NCBI GenBank assembly: GCA_030390025.1
Contig: CM059432.1
Location: 33,916,001 to 33,980,000 of the forward strand
Source of the DNA: Squalus acanthias
Taxonomy: Eukaryota
Direction: 5' to 3'
DNA length: 64,000 nucleotides
Made by a program: the position numbers and the translations under genes. The notes below the pieces were generated by a model. That model was not told where the DNA came from. It saw only the letters and a list, made by a program, of their open reading frames with translations, and searched no databases. Shown here in pieces: positions 52,087 through 64,000 of the stretch. Numbering within the stretch: position 1 is the first letter of the stretch; each line of letters begins with the position of its first letter.

Positions 52087-53165
52087 AGCCCCGATTTTAA
52101 CTCGGGGTGAAAGTTCAGTACGGTGACCGCAGCACGTGCAGCAGGCTGCTTCAACTTGCCGACGCAAGACCTGGGCCATTTTAACTCCCGCGCCTCGTTA
52201 CCATAGTCCAGGTCCAGCCCCCTCCCAAACCCGGCAGGGCTGATGACGTGGAGACCGGTGGGTAGGCGTGGTATCGAGGTGGGAGGAGGCCGCCGACAGG
52301 AACAACAACAACTTGCGTTTATATAGCGCCCTTAACATACTGAAACGTCCCAAGGCGCTTCACAGGCGCGTTATCAAAAAAACAAAATTTGACACCGAGA
52401 CATGTAAGGAGATGTTACGGCAGATGACCAAAAGCTTGGACAAAGAGGTATGTTGTAAGGAGCGTCTGAAAGGAAGAAAGAGAGGTAGCGAGGCAGAGAG
52501 ATTTAGGGAGGGAATTCCAGAGACCTGCGGGAATGGTGTCCGGCAGGCAGGTGAGTGCGCCGTGCGGGGAGGTCGACAGGCGAGCGCGGTCGGGAGAGAG
52601 GAGGCTCACGGTTTCCTTTCAGGCCTGGAGGAGCACTCCTGCTCTTCCTGGCCACAAGGAAACAATTTAAAAAAATGTATTCACCTTCCCGGCCCTCTTC
52701 TGGGCCTGCTCCTGCACGGCAGGATTTTTCCTGTCAAGGCCGACATCGGGCGCTGAATGTGTGGCACAAGGTTTAAATGGTGTTGGGGTCTATGACATAG
52801 GAAATGCTAGGCGAAAAAATACCAAGGTTCATCTAGTTTGCCTTCTGCCATCTTGGTAGTCGCACAATGTAATGATAATTAAGTTGTTGACTAATTATGG
52901 TAATCAGTCTCTATAAAATAGTCTACAAAAGACCCAGAGATGATGTCATCAGACCCCGAATCTTACATCTCAATGAGGCCCTTGCCTGTCTGGGATGAGG
53001 GCCTCCGATATTTTCCAAAAAGCGCCTGTTAAAATGGCGTGAGTGCAGCGTGAAGAAAGTGAGTCGCATGCTGTCATGATTTTAAACGACCCCCAACCGC
53101 TCCTCCACTCCCTCCCGCATGCCTCGATCTCATCAGGCGCGGGGTAGGGGTTTAAAGTCGGAGCT
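52087..53165. mobile_element. Probable Harbinger-type non-autonomous element containing an L2-type 3' end (52300-52520, minus strand)
   Basis: TIRs AGCCCCGATTTTAA / TTAAAGTCGGAGCT with flanks TAA/TAT. Internal (AAC)n plus TTGCGTTTATATAGCGCC tail. Confidence 0.6.
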
Positions 53166-54151
53166 TATATTTGTTCTTGTCGATCTCTACAAGTCTCTCA
53201 ATGGCATCATCTCAGTCTATTTCTGCAACTTCCTCCAGCCCTGCCTCTCACAACAGGTCTTCTGAGTCTGTCACACTGCACACCTCTCCCCCATTGTCCG
53301 GTTCACCATCGGCCAACAGTGCCCCGCCCTTTGGATTTGTCTCTGTAACCCTCTCCACCGTGCTTCAACTCTCCCCACCTTCGAAAGCCTCCTGTAAACA
53401 TTCCTCTTCGATTCTGCTTTCAGTCACGTCCCCACTCCCCCTCCCAATCCCAATTCTCGCTTAGTGTTCGAGTCCCTCCCCACAACATTAAAGGCGTAAT
53501 ATAATGGTAAGTCACTCTTTCTCTCACAGCAACAAGTGTGCGTCTTTCTCTCCCCGGGGGGGAGGTGGGGTGGAAGCAACTGCTCCAATCACTATGTGTA
53601 GCAACACCGAAAACATGCTTGTGAATATACACATCAAGAACCAATGGTATTGGAAAGATTTCAGCGGCTCCTTCCCCCTCTCCTCCCTCCCCTCACACCT
53701 GCTGCAGTGAAATCAGAAGGAAGAAGACTCTGTTGTGGTCCCACTCGCTGGTGGGCTGAGCTCATTCTGACACTGCGGGGGGTGGGCGAAGGCTCTCAAT
53801 CTAAGTGCCTGCTTCAAGGAAAGAACGGTAACTCTACAGACAGCTCCCTGAAGAACATTCTGGATTATGTGATAATTTTGATAAATTAGCCTCTTTTAAA
53901 AAAACATTAATTTCGGCCAGGTTTCAATGCGTGTGTTTGTCAAATATTTTTCACATTAACACCACAATGACCCAAACGTGACTGCGTCCAGCATCTTGTC
54001 ACCAGACGGTAAGTGTGATCCCAGTCCAGTTCTCATATGGTCATTGAATTCTTGTTTTTTTTTATTTTTAAATGTTCTCGCCTCCACTCCTGAAGATGCT
54101 GACTCTCGCTGGGTTATTGTATCCTGAAGTCTCGTAGCCCACCTCAGATAT

Positions 54152-54430
54152 TAGCCTTGGCTCAGTGTTAGCACTCTCTGCCTCTGAGTCAGAGGGTGGT
54201 GGGTTCAAGCCCCCACTCCAGAGATGTGAGCACATAATCCAGGCTGACGCTCCAGTGCAGTACTGAGGGAGTGCTGCACTGTCAGAGGTGCCAGCTTTCA
54301 GATAAGACATTAAACCAAGGCCCTGTCTACCCTCTCAGGTGGATGTAAGAGATCCCATGACACTAATTGGAGAAGAGCAGAGGACTTTGGGATGTCATGA
54401 AAGGCACTATATAAATGCAGGTCCTTTACT
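54152..54430 (+). mobile_element. tRNA-derived Deu-domain SINE (SacSINE1-like), internally deleted
   Basis: A box TGGCTCAGTG, B box GGTTCAAGCCC, Deu core GTGGATGTAAGAGATCCCATG and an L2-like tail CTATATAAATGCA. Confidence 0.8.
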
Positions 54431-55563
54431 CATTTTTTTCATCCAATCGGCTATTCTTCATGTGTGAGTTAGACAACGAGGGAAATAATTTTAATCTAAC
54501 GCACCCGGCAGGACACTGAGGATCAAACCGGCTGCCCATTTTACACTCCACCCGATTTTACTTCCCATTGACTTCATTAGAGTGTAAAATCGGTGTAAAG
54601 GTTAGGTTAAAATTGCCCTGAGTATCGGAAGGCTATGCAGATGTCAAGGAGTGTGCTGTAGCAGGGCCTGATCCTGTCCTTACCTTGCCCACACACGTAC
54701 ATGCAGACTTTCCAACAGGAGACATTGGCAAGTATAGCGGGAACCTTCTTTAAAAGGAGATTCTATTGTGAGATGTTTTAAAGGGCCTTTTAAACGCTCT
54801 TTCAAAGAGGTCTTGATGACGAGCTCCCCTTTACAATTCCACGAGCAGCATCATCTCCAGTACCTGAGTCGAATTGCGATTATTCATGTGTGAGCTGCGA
54901 CAGACTATTTAACCATAGAGGGCATCACAGCTGAGCCTGCTGTCTACCTCCCCTGGCTTCCACACATAAACACTTCCAGTAGGGGTCAGGAGATAATGAC
55001 AAGGAGCAGGCTGACTTTACATTGATTCATTCAAATGCAAATTAGATAGATTTCTTTCAGAAAATAACATTTTGGGATACAGTATATGAGTAATTTGAGA
55101 CATGACAGCTGGTAAGTGTAGCCTGCTTGGGAGGAACAGGTGACTTTGAAGCTATGGTTCCCAAAACTCTCCACCAATGGGGTTTTCCTCGTGTCATTCT
55201 GGGTCTGTTGTCGAATAATTGATAGTGATTGATTGCTATGATTAGTCAACAACTCCATTATCATTGTATCATGTGACTACCAGGATGATAGAAGGCGAAC
55301 TAGATGGACCTTGGTCTTACTCCGCCTAGCATTTCCTATGTTCCGACAGTTCCCTAACCCATGGGTTGAGGCAGCCAATTAAATAGCAGCAACAACAAGC
55401 ATTTATTTAGCGCCTTTAATAAAGCAAAACATCCCAAGGCACTTCACAGGAGCATTATCAAACAAAATTTGACACTGAGCCACATAAGGAGGTATTAGAA
55501 ATAAAAACAGAAAATGCTGGAAATACTCAGCAGGTCAGGCAGCATCTGCGGAGAGAGAAACAG

Positions 55564-55600
55564 GGTTAACGTTTCAGGTCGATGACCTTTCGTCAGAACC
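55564..55600 (-). ncRNA. Minimal type I hammerhead-ribozyme-like motif in the Penelope terminus
   Basis: Minus strand reads GGUU-CUGACGA-A-AGGUC-AUC-GACCU-GAAAC-GU-U-AACC: stem I GGUU/AACC, stem II AGGUC/GACCU, palindromic stem III ACGU. Confidence 0.75.
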
Positions 55601-55842
55601 GGAAAAAGTTAGAGATGTAACAGGTTTTAAGCAAGTGCAGAGGGAGGGAAAGGGGGCAGGGGAGGAAAGAACAAAAGGAAAGGTCTGTGATAGGATGGAA
55701 GGCAGGAGAGATTAAATGACAACAGGGATGATGGTGCAAGCAAAAGGGAGTGGTAATGGAACAAGAAACAAAAGATGGGTTTAGAGGAGTGTAAATGGCA
55801 ACAGAAAAATCATTATCAGCACCTGCTGTCCGAAAAAATGGG

Positions 55843-56050
55843 CAAATGTGAGAAGTCGCACAACACCAGGTAAAAGTCCAACAGCTTTATTTGAAATCAC
55901 AAGCTTTCGGAGCACTGCTCCTTCGTCACCTGACAAAGGAGCAGCGCTCCGAAAGCTTGTGATTTCAAATAAAGCTGTTGGTCTATAACCTGGTGTTGTG
56001 CGACTTCTCACATTTGTCCACCCCAGTCCAACACCAGCATCTCCACATCA
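55843..56050 (+). mobile_element. 208-bp non-coding palindromic insertion with a hammerhead-like motif and 12-bp TSD
   Basis: Inverted repeat 55843-56016. TSD CGAAAAAATGGG at 55831-42 and 56051-62. Confidence 0.85.
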
Positions 56051-58049
56051 CGAAAAAATGGGAGCAGCGGTTATGATCTGAAATTGTTGAACTCGATTTT
56101 GAGTCCGGAAGGCTGTAAAGTGCCTAATCGAAAGATGAGATGCTGTTCCTCGAGCTTCACTAGAACATCATAGGAGGCCGAGGAGAGAGAGGTCAGAGTG
56201 GGAGTGGAGCAGAGAATTAAAGTGACAGGCGACCGGAAGCTCAGGGTCACGCTTGCGGACTGAACGGAGGTGTTCCACAAAGCGATCGCCCAATCTGCGT
56301 TTGGTCTCCCCAATGTAGAGGAGACCGCATCGAGGGCAGCAAATACAGTATACTGAATTGCAATAAGTACAAGTAAATCGCTGTTTCACCTGGAGGGAGT
56401 GTTTGGGGCCCTGGACGATGAGAAGGGAGGAGGTAAAAGGGCAGGTGTTGCATCTCCTGCGCTTGCACGGGAAGGTGCCGAGGGAAGGGGAGCAGGTGTT
56501 GAGGGTGGTTGAAGAGTGGACCAGGGTGTCACGGAGGGAGCAGTCCCTTCGGAATGCTGAAAGGGGAGGGGAAGATGTGTTTAATGGTGGCATCATGCTG
56601 GAGGTGGCGGAAATGGTGGAGGATAATCCGTTGAATGTGGAGGCTGGTGGAGTGGAAGGTGAAGACAAGGGGAACCCTATTGTGGTTCTGGGAGGGAGGG
56701 GAAGACGTGAGAGCAGAAGTGCAGGAAATGGGTTGGAGATATTAGGTCAGGTGACTAAAAGCATTGTCAAAGAGGTAAGTTTTAAGGAGTGTGTTGAAGG
56801 AGGAGAGAGAAGTAGAGACGGAGAGGTTTAGAGAGGGAATTCCAGAGTTTAGGGCCTAGGCAGCTGAAGGCAAAGCCGCCAATGGTGGAGCGATTAAAAT
56901 CGGGGATACACAAGAGGCCAGAATTGGAGGAGTGCAGATATCTTGGAGGGTTGCAGGGCTGGAGGAGGTTACAGAGATAGGGAGTGGCGGAGCCGTGAAG
57001 GGATTTGAAAACAAGGATGAGAATTTTAAAATCGAGGTGCTGCCGGACCAGGAACCAATGTAGGTCAGCGATGATGTGTGAACGGGACTTGGTGCGGGTC
57101 AGGAGGTAACAAAGGCATGGATCAGAGTTTCAGCAGCAAATGAGCTGACGCAGGGGTGAAGATGGGCAATTATAATGCACTTACCACTATCCCAGCTCAT
57201 ATCAGCCAACGCAGGGATGAAATCTGGGCTCTATGTGGTGTGTATATCTCAGGCACACTGAAATACCTGGTGAGATTCCCTCCTTAATTCCGCTGCTAAG
57301 TGTCCTTATTTCAGAATGCACTTGCCCGTTGTCCGGGCTTTCGTATGCTCATCTGTTGCTATGGCACTAGCTTAAGGATCAGACCAAGGCGGTGCCCCTC
57401 ACAGCCAAACTCATAATTCTAGATCTTTCTTTCCGTGAACCCTTGTGCCATGCTGGCAGCCATTGATAGGAATTGGGTAGGAATTAGACTTGAATGGCGG
57501 ATGTGGTTGTCCGTATATAATCAGATTTATTACAGCCTTAATTGACATATTACTAAAAGGGTCAGTGAGGGGGATCACACACGTATGGCACCAATCCTCA
57601 CACCAATAGTATTTGATTTTCAAAATAAACTTACTAAGATCATCCACAAAGAATTGTCCCAATTTATTGAGTGCCAATACCATGCTTAAAAGATTTACTT
57701 AAGGAACGCTTAATTGCTTGAAAGAGAGAGAGATACAATACAATTAATGCTTCTCTTGTTCTGTTCTGTTAGCAACTCCTAAGTGGAAGGTGGTTGCAGG
57801 ATAACACCAAGCAAGTGGTGGCACCAGTTTTAATCTCGGCCAGCGTTACAATGTGCAAAGACACCATCTTGTTCATTGTCCTCTGAGTGCTCACACGCTG
57901 TGCTGCAGTCAGTAGGAACACTCTGCCATTTTGACGATGGTTTTGAGATGTCGTGCAGTGCCTCGATGTGGGGACCAATCTAACTGTTCCGACTAATGAC
58001 ACCTTCTCCTTCCTTATCTGCTGAAAGCACCAACTATTGCTGGGGTTTT

Positions 58050-58478
58050 GAATCACATGGCACAGAAGGAGGCCATTCAGCCCAGTGTGCCTGTGCCGGC
58101 TCTTTGAAAGAGCTATCCAATTAGTCTCACTCGACCGCTCGTTCCCCGTAGCCCAGCAACTTTCTCCTTTTCAAGTATCTATCCACTTCCCTTTTGAAAG
58201 TTATTATTGAGTCTGCTTCCACCACCCTTTCAGGCAGTGCATTCCAGATCATAAAAATTTGCTGCCTAAAAAAAATTCTCCTCATCTCCCCTCTGGTTCC
58301 TTTGCCAATTATCTTAAATCTGTGTCCTCTGGTTACCGACCCTCCTGCCAATGAAAACAGTTTCTCCTTATTTACTCTATCAAAACCTCTCATCATTTTG
58401 AACATCTCTATTAAATCTCCCTTTAAGATTCTCTGCTCGAAGGAGAACAACCCCAGCTTCTCTAGTCACTCCACATAA
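58050..58478 (-). mobile_element. CR1 3' end
   Basis: FSFEQRILKGDLIEMFKMMRGFDRV...TRGHRFK...WNALP. Confidence 0.85.
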
Positions 58479-59664
58479 CTGTGCCCTCCGACAACTCAAC
58501 CCAGGTGGCCATTTTGTATGTGTGGCCCTTCTGTAGGAGGCATCACAGCTGAGCCTGATTACCAACACCACCTCAGCCAGTGCCCACACACTTGCCCTTC
58601 CCAGCAGCTGTCGCTGAAGAGCGATGGTAAGCGATATCCCTGGCTGATTTTTCCTGTCCTAGTCCAGGGACACTGAGGCAAATTGAAGCACCCCCTCCAT
58701 TGCTTCCCTAACTACGACCTAACGACACCTGCTGGAAGTTGGCACTGGGTGAGAAGGTGATCAGGCTCCGTTACAATACCCCTCAGGGAAGGATAGTCTG
58801 CTTAAACTCATTGTTACAGTTCACATTTGAATAATAGCCACTTAGGTACGGTGCCATGGTGCCCATGGAACTATACAAACACACGGAAAATGTCAGACAG
58901 GATAATAAGACCAGCTGGTCCCATCTAGCCTGTCCCATACAGTAATGATGCCTGATGTATCACAATACAAGCATTAGCCCACTCTTGGGGAGAGGAAGGT
59001 TGGAGAGAAAAAACCCATAACTATTAACTAGAGAGTCTCCTCGCAACTTGCCACAGCTACCACTTAATGCTTACACTTTAAATTGCAGACTTCTGCAATG
59101 CAGAAGCCAGGTACTCATACAAATATTCACAGCCCTCTAAACCAGAAAATATCAAACTACTTGATTCTTCTTCCCATTCTCCCATAGGTGTATATGCCGG
59201 TAATTTCCTCGGGGGTGGGGTGGGTCTCCCTCACCGTAAGTTTGGCAGTAACCCCGTGTACACGCGTAAACAGTGGTGGAGAGGGAGCAACCCTGAGGAA
59301 ATTCACCCCCAACCCATAATTAAGTGGTAACAAGGTGGGGAATGTGTGGGAGGAGGTGAAAAGAAGAGTGACAATGGACAGACAGCTGCAGAATGTAGCA
59401 GTGGGGACAGAGCAATGGCAAAAGCCTTGGGCCATCAGTGCCCATCTTGGTTATGATTTCAAGGTTGATCCCACGATAATGTGTTGAGGAACAATTAGGC
59501 ATCGTTGACTCAGAGGGAATGTTTATTGAGCTCACTGGCAACGGCCATCCTTTTGTGGAGGTTGGAGATTTCATCAGCAAAGACTTCACTTGTCCATTTA
59601 CCCTTGTTAGAGACTTAAAGCCAATCATCCATTTAGGTCAAGACTGTCGTCCATCCTACAGCGG

Positions 59665-60285
59665 GAAAGAACAAATTTGCATTTATATAGCATCTTATTT
59701 AACATCCTGAGGGATGTCCCAAAGTGCTTTACCAATTGTTACTTTTGAGGTGCAATCACTGTTGTTATGTAGGCAAACCTAGCAGCCAATAAGGTTCCAC
59801 AAACAGCAGATGGATGAACCTGTTGTTGGTGAGGGATGAATGATGGCCAAGCCACCAGGAGGACTCCCTGCTCGTTTTCAAATCGTGCCATGAAACATCT
59901 CAGGGGAAAAATTGGGTTGCTTTGCGCCTTCCGTTAACGCCCTAAGAGTGCGCTAACGGGGCGCAAAGCAACTCGCACCCGGGGGCAGCGCCGCCCACGC
60001 CTCCCGCGAAATTCAGCGGGAGGTTAGCGGCGGCGTTAACCAGTAGCATCCCGTGGCGCTGTGCCGCCGGCGATGACGCCCCAAACGGGGTGCTACTCAA
60101 TTTTTAGCCCCTTGTGTCCACCTGAACAGGCAGGCTCTCGATTTAACTTCTCATCTGAAAGATAGCACCTCCAGCAATCCTGTACTGAGGTTTCAACCTA
60201 GATTAAGTGCTCACGTCCTCAGTGGTATTTGATCCACCAGCCTTCTGATTTAGAGACGACAGTGCTACCAACCAAGCCAAGCTGG
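59665..60285 (-). mobile_element. Decayed Deu-domain SINE interrupted by a 209-bp mini-MITE (59902-60110)
   Basis: Reverse-complement similarity to 60718-61160. The MITE ends AGGGGAAAAATT / AATTTTTAGCCC match the 48449 family; flanks CTC/CTT. Confidence 0.7.
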
Positions 60286-60717
60286 CAGTACTTTCTCAAC
60301 TGGTCTCAAACAAGGATGTAGTCAACAGAGAATGTGGAAATACACAGCAGGTCTGGCACCATCTGTTAAGAGAAAAACAGCTTAATGTTTCAGGCCCAGA
60401 TCTTTTGTCATGACAGTTGATCACTCTTTGATTTAAATTTTTATCACCATTTATGGTCAATGGAAAGGAAACCGGGCTGGGTGTAAAGACGGATGGCCGA
60501 TTCACTATTGCCCATTTATCATCCAGCGATTAAAATTAAAATGACCTCCTTTGTGTGAAGATGAACTTATTGCCATTCAACAGACAGCGTAACCACCAGC
60601 AGCATCCGACCCAGTGGGTCCGGGGAATATTTGATCAACAAAAATGGAGAGATTTCATGATAGTGCACATTGTACATAGCCTATTGCTGCCTTTAATGGG
60701 CTTGAAGGTTTGTGTGT

Positions 60718-61165
60718 CAGCCATGGCTCAATGGGTAGCACTCTCGCCTCTGAGTCAGAAGGCTGTGGATTTAAGCACCCCTTTAGAGACTCGAACACAA
60801 AATCTAGATTGACACCTCAGTGCAGTGCTGAGGGAGTGCTGCACTGTCAGAGGTGCCATCTTTTGGATGTGACGTTAAACCGAGACCCAGTCTGCCCTCT
60901 CAGGTGGATGTAAAAGATCCCGTGGCATTATTTCAAAGAACAGCACGGGAGCTCTCCCAGGTGCCCTGGCTAATATTTACCCCTCGACCAACATCACTAA
61001 AACAAATTATCTGGTCATTATCACATTGCCATTTGTGGAACCTTGCTGTGCGCAAATTGTTTACCACATTTCCTTTTGACTACACTTCAAAAGTATTCAC
61101 TGGCTATTAAGCGCTTTGGGACGTCCTGAGGTCGTGAAAGAGGCTATATATTGCAAGTACTTTAT
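60718..61165 (+). mobile_element. Full-length tRNA-derived Deu-domain SINE (SacSINE1-like)
   Basis: tRNA-like head, Deu domain GTAAAAGATCCCGTGGCA...TATCTGGTCATTATCACATTGC..TTTGTGG...TTGCTGTGCGCAAATTG, and tail AAGCGCTTTGGGACGTCC...CTATAT. Confidence 0.85.
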
Positions 61166-61609
61166 TTTTGCTTGTTCTGTGTTTACTTATGCTCCTATAT
61201 TTTTATGTTCTCTTGAGACTCATTCACCTGGCCTTCTGGTTGACAGGTGAGTAATTTTATACTTTGTTCTTAGACAATTGCCAAAAACTAATTCAAAATT
61301 TCCAGAAAACATCTACATATAACTGCATGGGTTGTTTTGGTTTCTTTCAAAGATTGGAGAACAATCGAGAGGAGTGGGGATCTCCGGAGAGTATAACTCA
61401 TTACATTACATATCTCTGCTCTGTACACCATGTGCATGAACAGGCACACGCCCAGTCATTATAATGTAGTACACAAGCGTCTAGACAACAGACACCTGGG
61501 TGCAATTAGCTCTTGCCGTCTAAACTGGATAAATGGGGTCATATGACACAATTTCTCTTAGTTTCAGGGTCTGGCAAGTGCTTGGGTAGGGAGCAGCCAG
61601 AACAATGAT

Positions 61610-61920
61610 TATGAATTTATGAATCCCCACAGTGCAGATAGAGGCCATTTCGGCCCATCGAGCCTGCACCGACACATATCCCACCCTATCCCCGTAACCC
61701 CACGTATTTAATCCCCCCAACACTAAGGGTCAATTTATCATAGCCAAATCAACCTAACCCGCACATCTTTGGACTGTGGGAGGAAACCGGAGCACCCAGA
61801 GGAAACCCACGCAGACACGGGGAGAATGTGCAAACTCCACACAGACAGTCACCCGTGGCCGGATTCGAACCCGGGTCTCTGGCGTTGTGAGGCAACAGTG
61901 CTAACCACTATGCCACCGTG
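61610..61920 (-). mobile_element. HE1-type V-SINE (tRNA head, V domain, CR1-derived 3' end)
   Basis: Minus strand: GGTGGCATAGTGG (A box), GGTTCGAATCC (B box) and V domain GTGTGGAGTTTGCACATTCTCCCCGTGTCTGCGTGGGTTTCCTC...TTTCCTCCCACAGTCCAAAGA. Confidence 0.88.
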
Positions 61921-62999
61921 TTAAGATAAATCTCTCACTTGCAGCATTTATTGTCTCTCTCTCTATTTTATCAAGACATTTCCTCACTAGTTCCTCTAAA
62001 TTGACAACACACCGTCCAAATGTTCTTCCTGCTTCCTCCGTTATCACTGTGCTGAAATCAAGAATCATTGTATTGTCTCCTATAATCAGTGGATGCGAAT
62101 TCGAAGTCCAGGTGAATGAGGGTCAAAATTCAGAAATGATCACAAGGTTGCCAGATGGGTTGAGATGAAAAAGATCATTTTTGGCCCAATTGATCTCATC
62201 TTCCAGGATGCCAAACCCATCATCTTCCCATCGAACTATATCTTAACGAGGTCACAAGATGGATTCAGATGAAGAAGGCTATTTCACTCTTTCGAAAGCG
62301 AGCTCGAAGTTCTGGGAGCTTGATGCATGGGGAATCCTGGGTACAGATCGAACCCCTTGGGACAGTGTGGTATGAGAACGTTGGTTTGGGATTATGGCCT
62401 TCAATAGAAAATTTGAGAGTTAACACTGGTCTGCACAAATTACTATCTTTGTCAGATAATTATTTACAATTCTTCTTGAGGTGTCAGAATTGGCCCTCAT
62501 TTTCCTCCAGACTCACAGAGAAGAAAGTTATCCATCTGATTCACAGCTGTTCTCACAGCTGTTTGGATTACAAAAAAGGAACCAGCACAGATAAGTTAAA
62601 TATTTGTAAGCACGTGAGAACATTATGGAATTCTTTAAGAAACAATACATTTGAAGGTGCTTCCTCCCTCACAGTCCCAGTTTCCTTCAGGAATCCCAAC
62701 GGATTGGACAGGCTAGGGTGGGATTGTTGTCAATCTTGTACCCGCAGTACATGATAAAGTCTGCTAACTAGGTTAGCCAGGGTGATATTTGAGCTAAAAC
62801 CAGAACAGTGCTTCAAGTTAAACTGTGACAGTAGGCTGAGGTGGGGGGAGGGGGCACAAGTTCCCAAACTGGGGCAGGGCAAATGACATCTTCTGTGACA
62901 GTGACCATGGTGTATTTTTCCTCCTCATCCTCCTCACCCTCCCTGCAGTCCCTGCACAGTTCACTGTACCATCCTCCTCCAATGCCTCTCCTCTGTTGT

Positions 63000-63760
63000 T
63001 CTGCTCAGTGGGACTGCCCTCACATAGATCGATTCTTACCTATCCAGTCGTAGCCAGAGTATTTCTAGCAATGGCTTCTCTTCCCGCCCCTGCACCATTA
63101 CCTCTGGCGTCCCCAAGGACCTGTCCTTGGGCCCTTCGATTTCTTCCTCTACCTGCTGCCTCTTGGCAACATAATCCTGACATTGGGGTCAGCTTTCACA
63201 TGTACACTAATGACACACAGCTCTACCTCGCCACCACTTCTCTCGACCCCTCCACGACCTCTGTGCTGTCAGACTGTTTGTCTGACATCCAGTCTTAGAT
63301 GAGCTACAATTTTCTGCAACTAAACTTTGAGAAGGCCGAAACACTTGGCTTCAGCCCTGTCATATACTTTGTACAAATCTCCACAAATTCCATCCCCCTT
63401 CCTGGCCGCTGTTTCATGCTGGGTCAGACTGTTCGCAACCTAGGCATCCTAATCAGCCCTGAGCTGAATTTATGCCCCTATATCCTGTCCATGATAAAGA
63501 CCGCCTACTTCCATCTCCGTAATATCAACGCCTTCACCCCTTCCTCAGTCTTTCTCACCTCCAGTCTTGACTATTCCAATGCTCTTCTGGGCAACCTCCC
63601 ACCCTCCATAAAGATCAGCTCATTCAAAATTCTACTGCCCGTATCCTAACCTGCACCAAGTCCCAGTCACCCATCACCTCTGTCCTCACTGAACTACATT
63701 GGCTCTTGGTCCACAAATGCCTCAAATTTAAATTGCTAATCTTTCTGCTTAAATACCCTC
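63000..63760 (+). mobile_element. Decayed L2-clade LINE RT fragment
   Basis: GVPQGPVLGP, GVSFHMYTNDTQLYL, LSDCLSDIQS*MSYNFLQLN, VRNLG and LDYSNALL. Confidence 0.85.
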
Positions 63761-64000
63761 ATGGTTGTGTGCTCATGCTTGCTCAAGAGCAGCATATCAC
63801 AACCACTGCATTAATGCTCCAACCAGACACTAGAGTCTGTGGGCATTCGCAGGGGTTTTATGGAATTTTTCTTCATTTGTTCCTGGGATGTGGGTGTCAC
63901 TGGCAAGGCCAGCATTTATTACCCATCCCTAATTGGCCTTGACAAGATGGTGGTGAGCAGCCTTGTTGAACCGTTGCAGTTCGTGTGGTGAAGGTACACC

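Larger units (their letters stand above)
55499..56734 (-). mobile_element. Penelope-like element 3' part (GIY-YIG endonuclease and terminal region)
   Basis: ORF 56168-56668: C..RRCNTC...VYCICCPRCGLLYIGETKRRLGDRFVEH...PVACHFN. Flanked by GGAGGTATTAG (55488-98) and GGAGATATTAG (56735-45). Confidence 0.88.
55385..57170 (-). mobile_element. L2-clade LINE 3' fragment split by a Penelope insertion
   Basis: Tail at 55385-55498 resumes at 56735. Colinear with the uninterrupted L2 end at 52300-52520. Confidence 0.75.

Noticed and set aside
54152..61920. tRNA genes
   Set aside because: The A/B boxes belong to SINE heads and continue into Deu or V domains; no full cloverleaf is supported.
62269..62754. 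161-aa ORF as a host gene
   Set aside because: No recognisable domain or supported splice structure.

Overview
Repeat-dominated eukaryotic DNA, almost certainly from a cartilaginous fish (HE1-type V-SINE, Deu-domain SINEs and shark-type CR1 LINEs are all present). No host gene could be supported. Bases 1-21.2 kb are a 44-bp tandem satellite (about 480 monomers, most carrying TTAATTAA) with nested higher-order periods. From 21.4 to 47 kb is a nest of transposons: a decayed PIF/Harbinger element (C) split by a CR1 that itself carries two MITEs, then a full-length CR1 whose (GACTCTAT)n tail took a MITE and a complete two-gene Harbinger (B). A second complete Harbinger (A, same family as the MITEs) inserted into B, and an inverted, 3'-truncated copy of the same CR1 follows. 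From 47 to 64 kb are CR1, L2, Penelope, SINE and MITE fragments. The most notable observations are (i) an in-frame T-TTA-AAC slippery heptamer just before the CR1 ORF1 stop, with an open -1 frame into ORF2, in both copies; (ii) minimal hammerhead-ribozyme folds in a Penelope end and in a 208-bp palindromic element with a 12-bp TSD; (iii) MITEs that fuse the starts of the two convergent Harbinger genes; (iv) phased Harbinger insertions into a LINE tail. All alignments and coordinates were read by eye.
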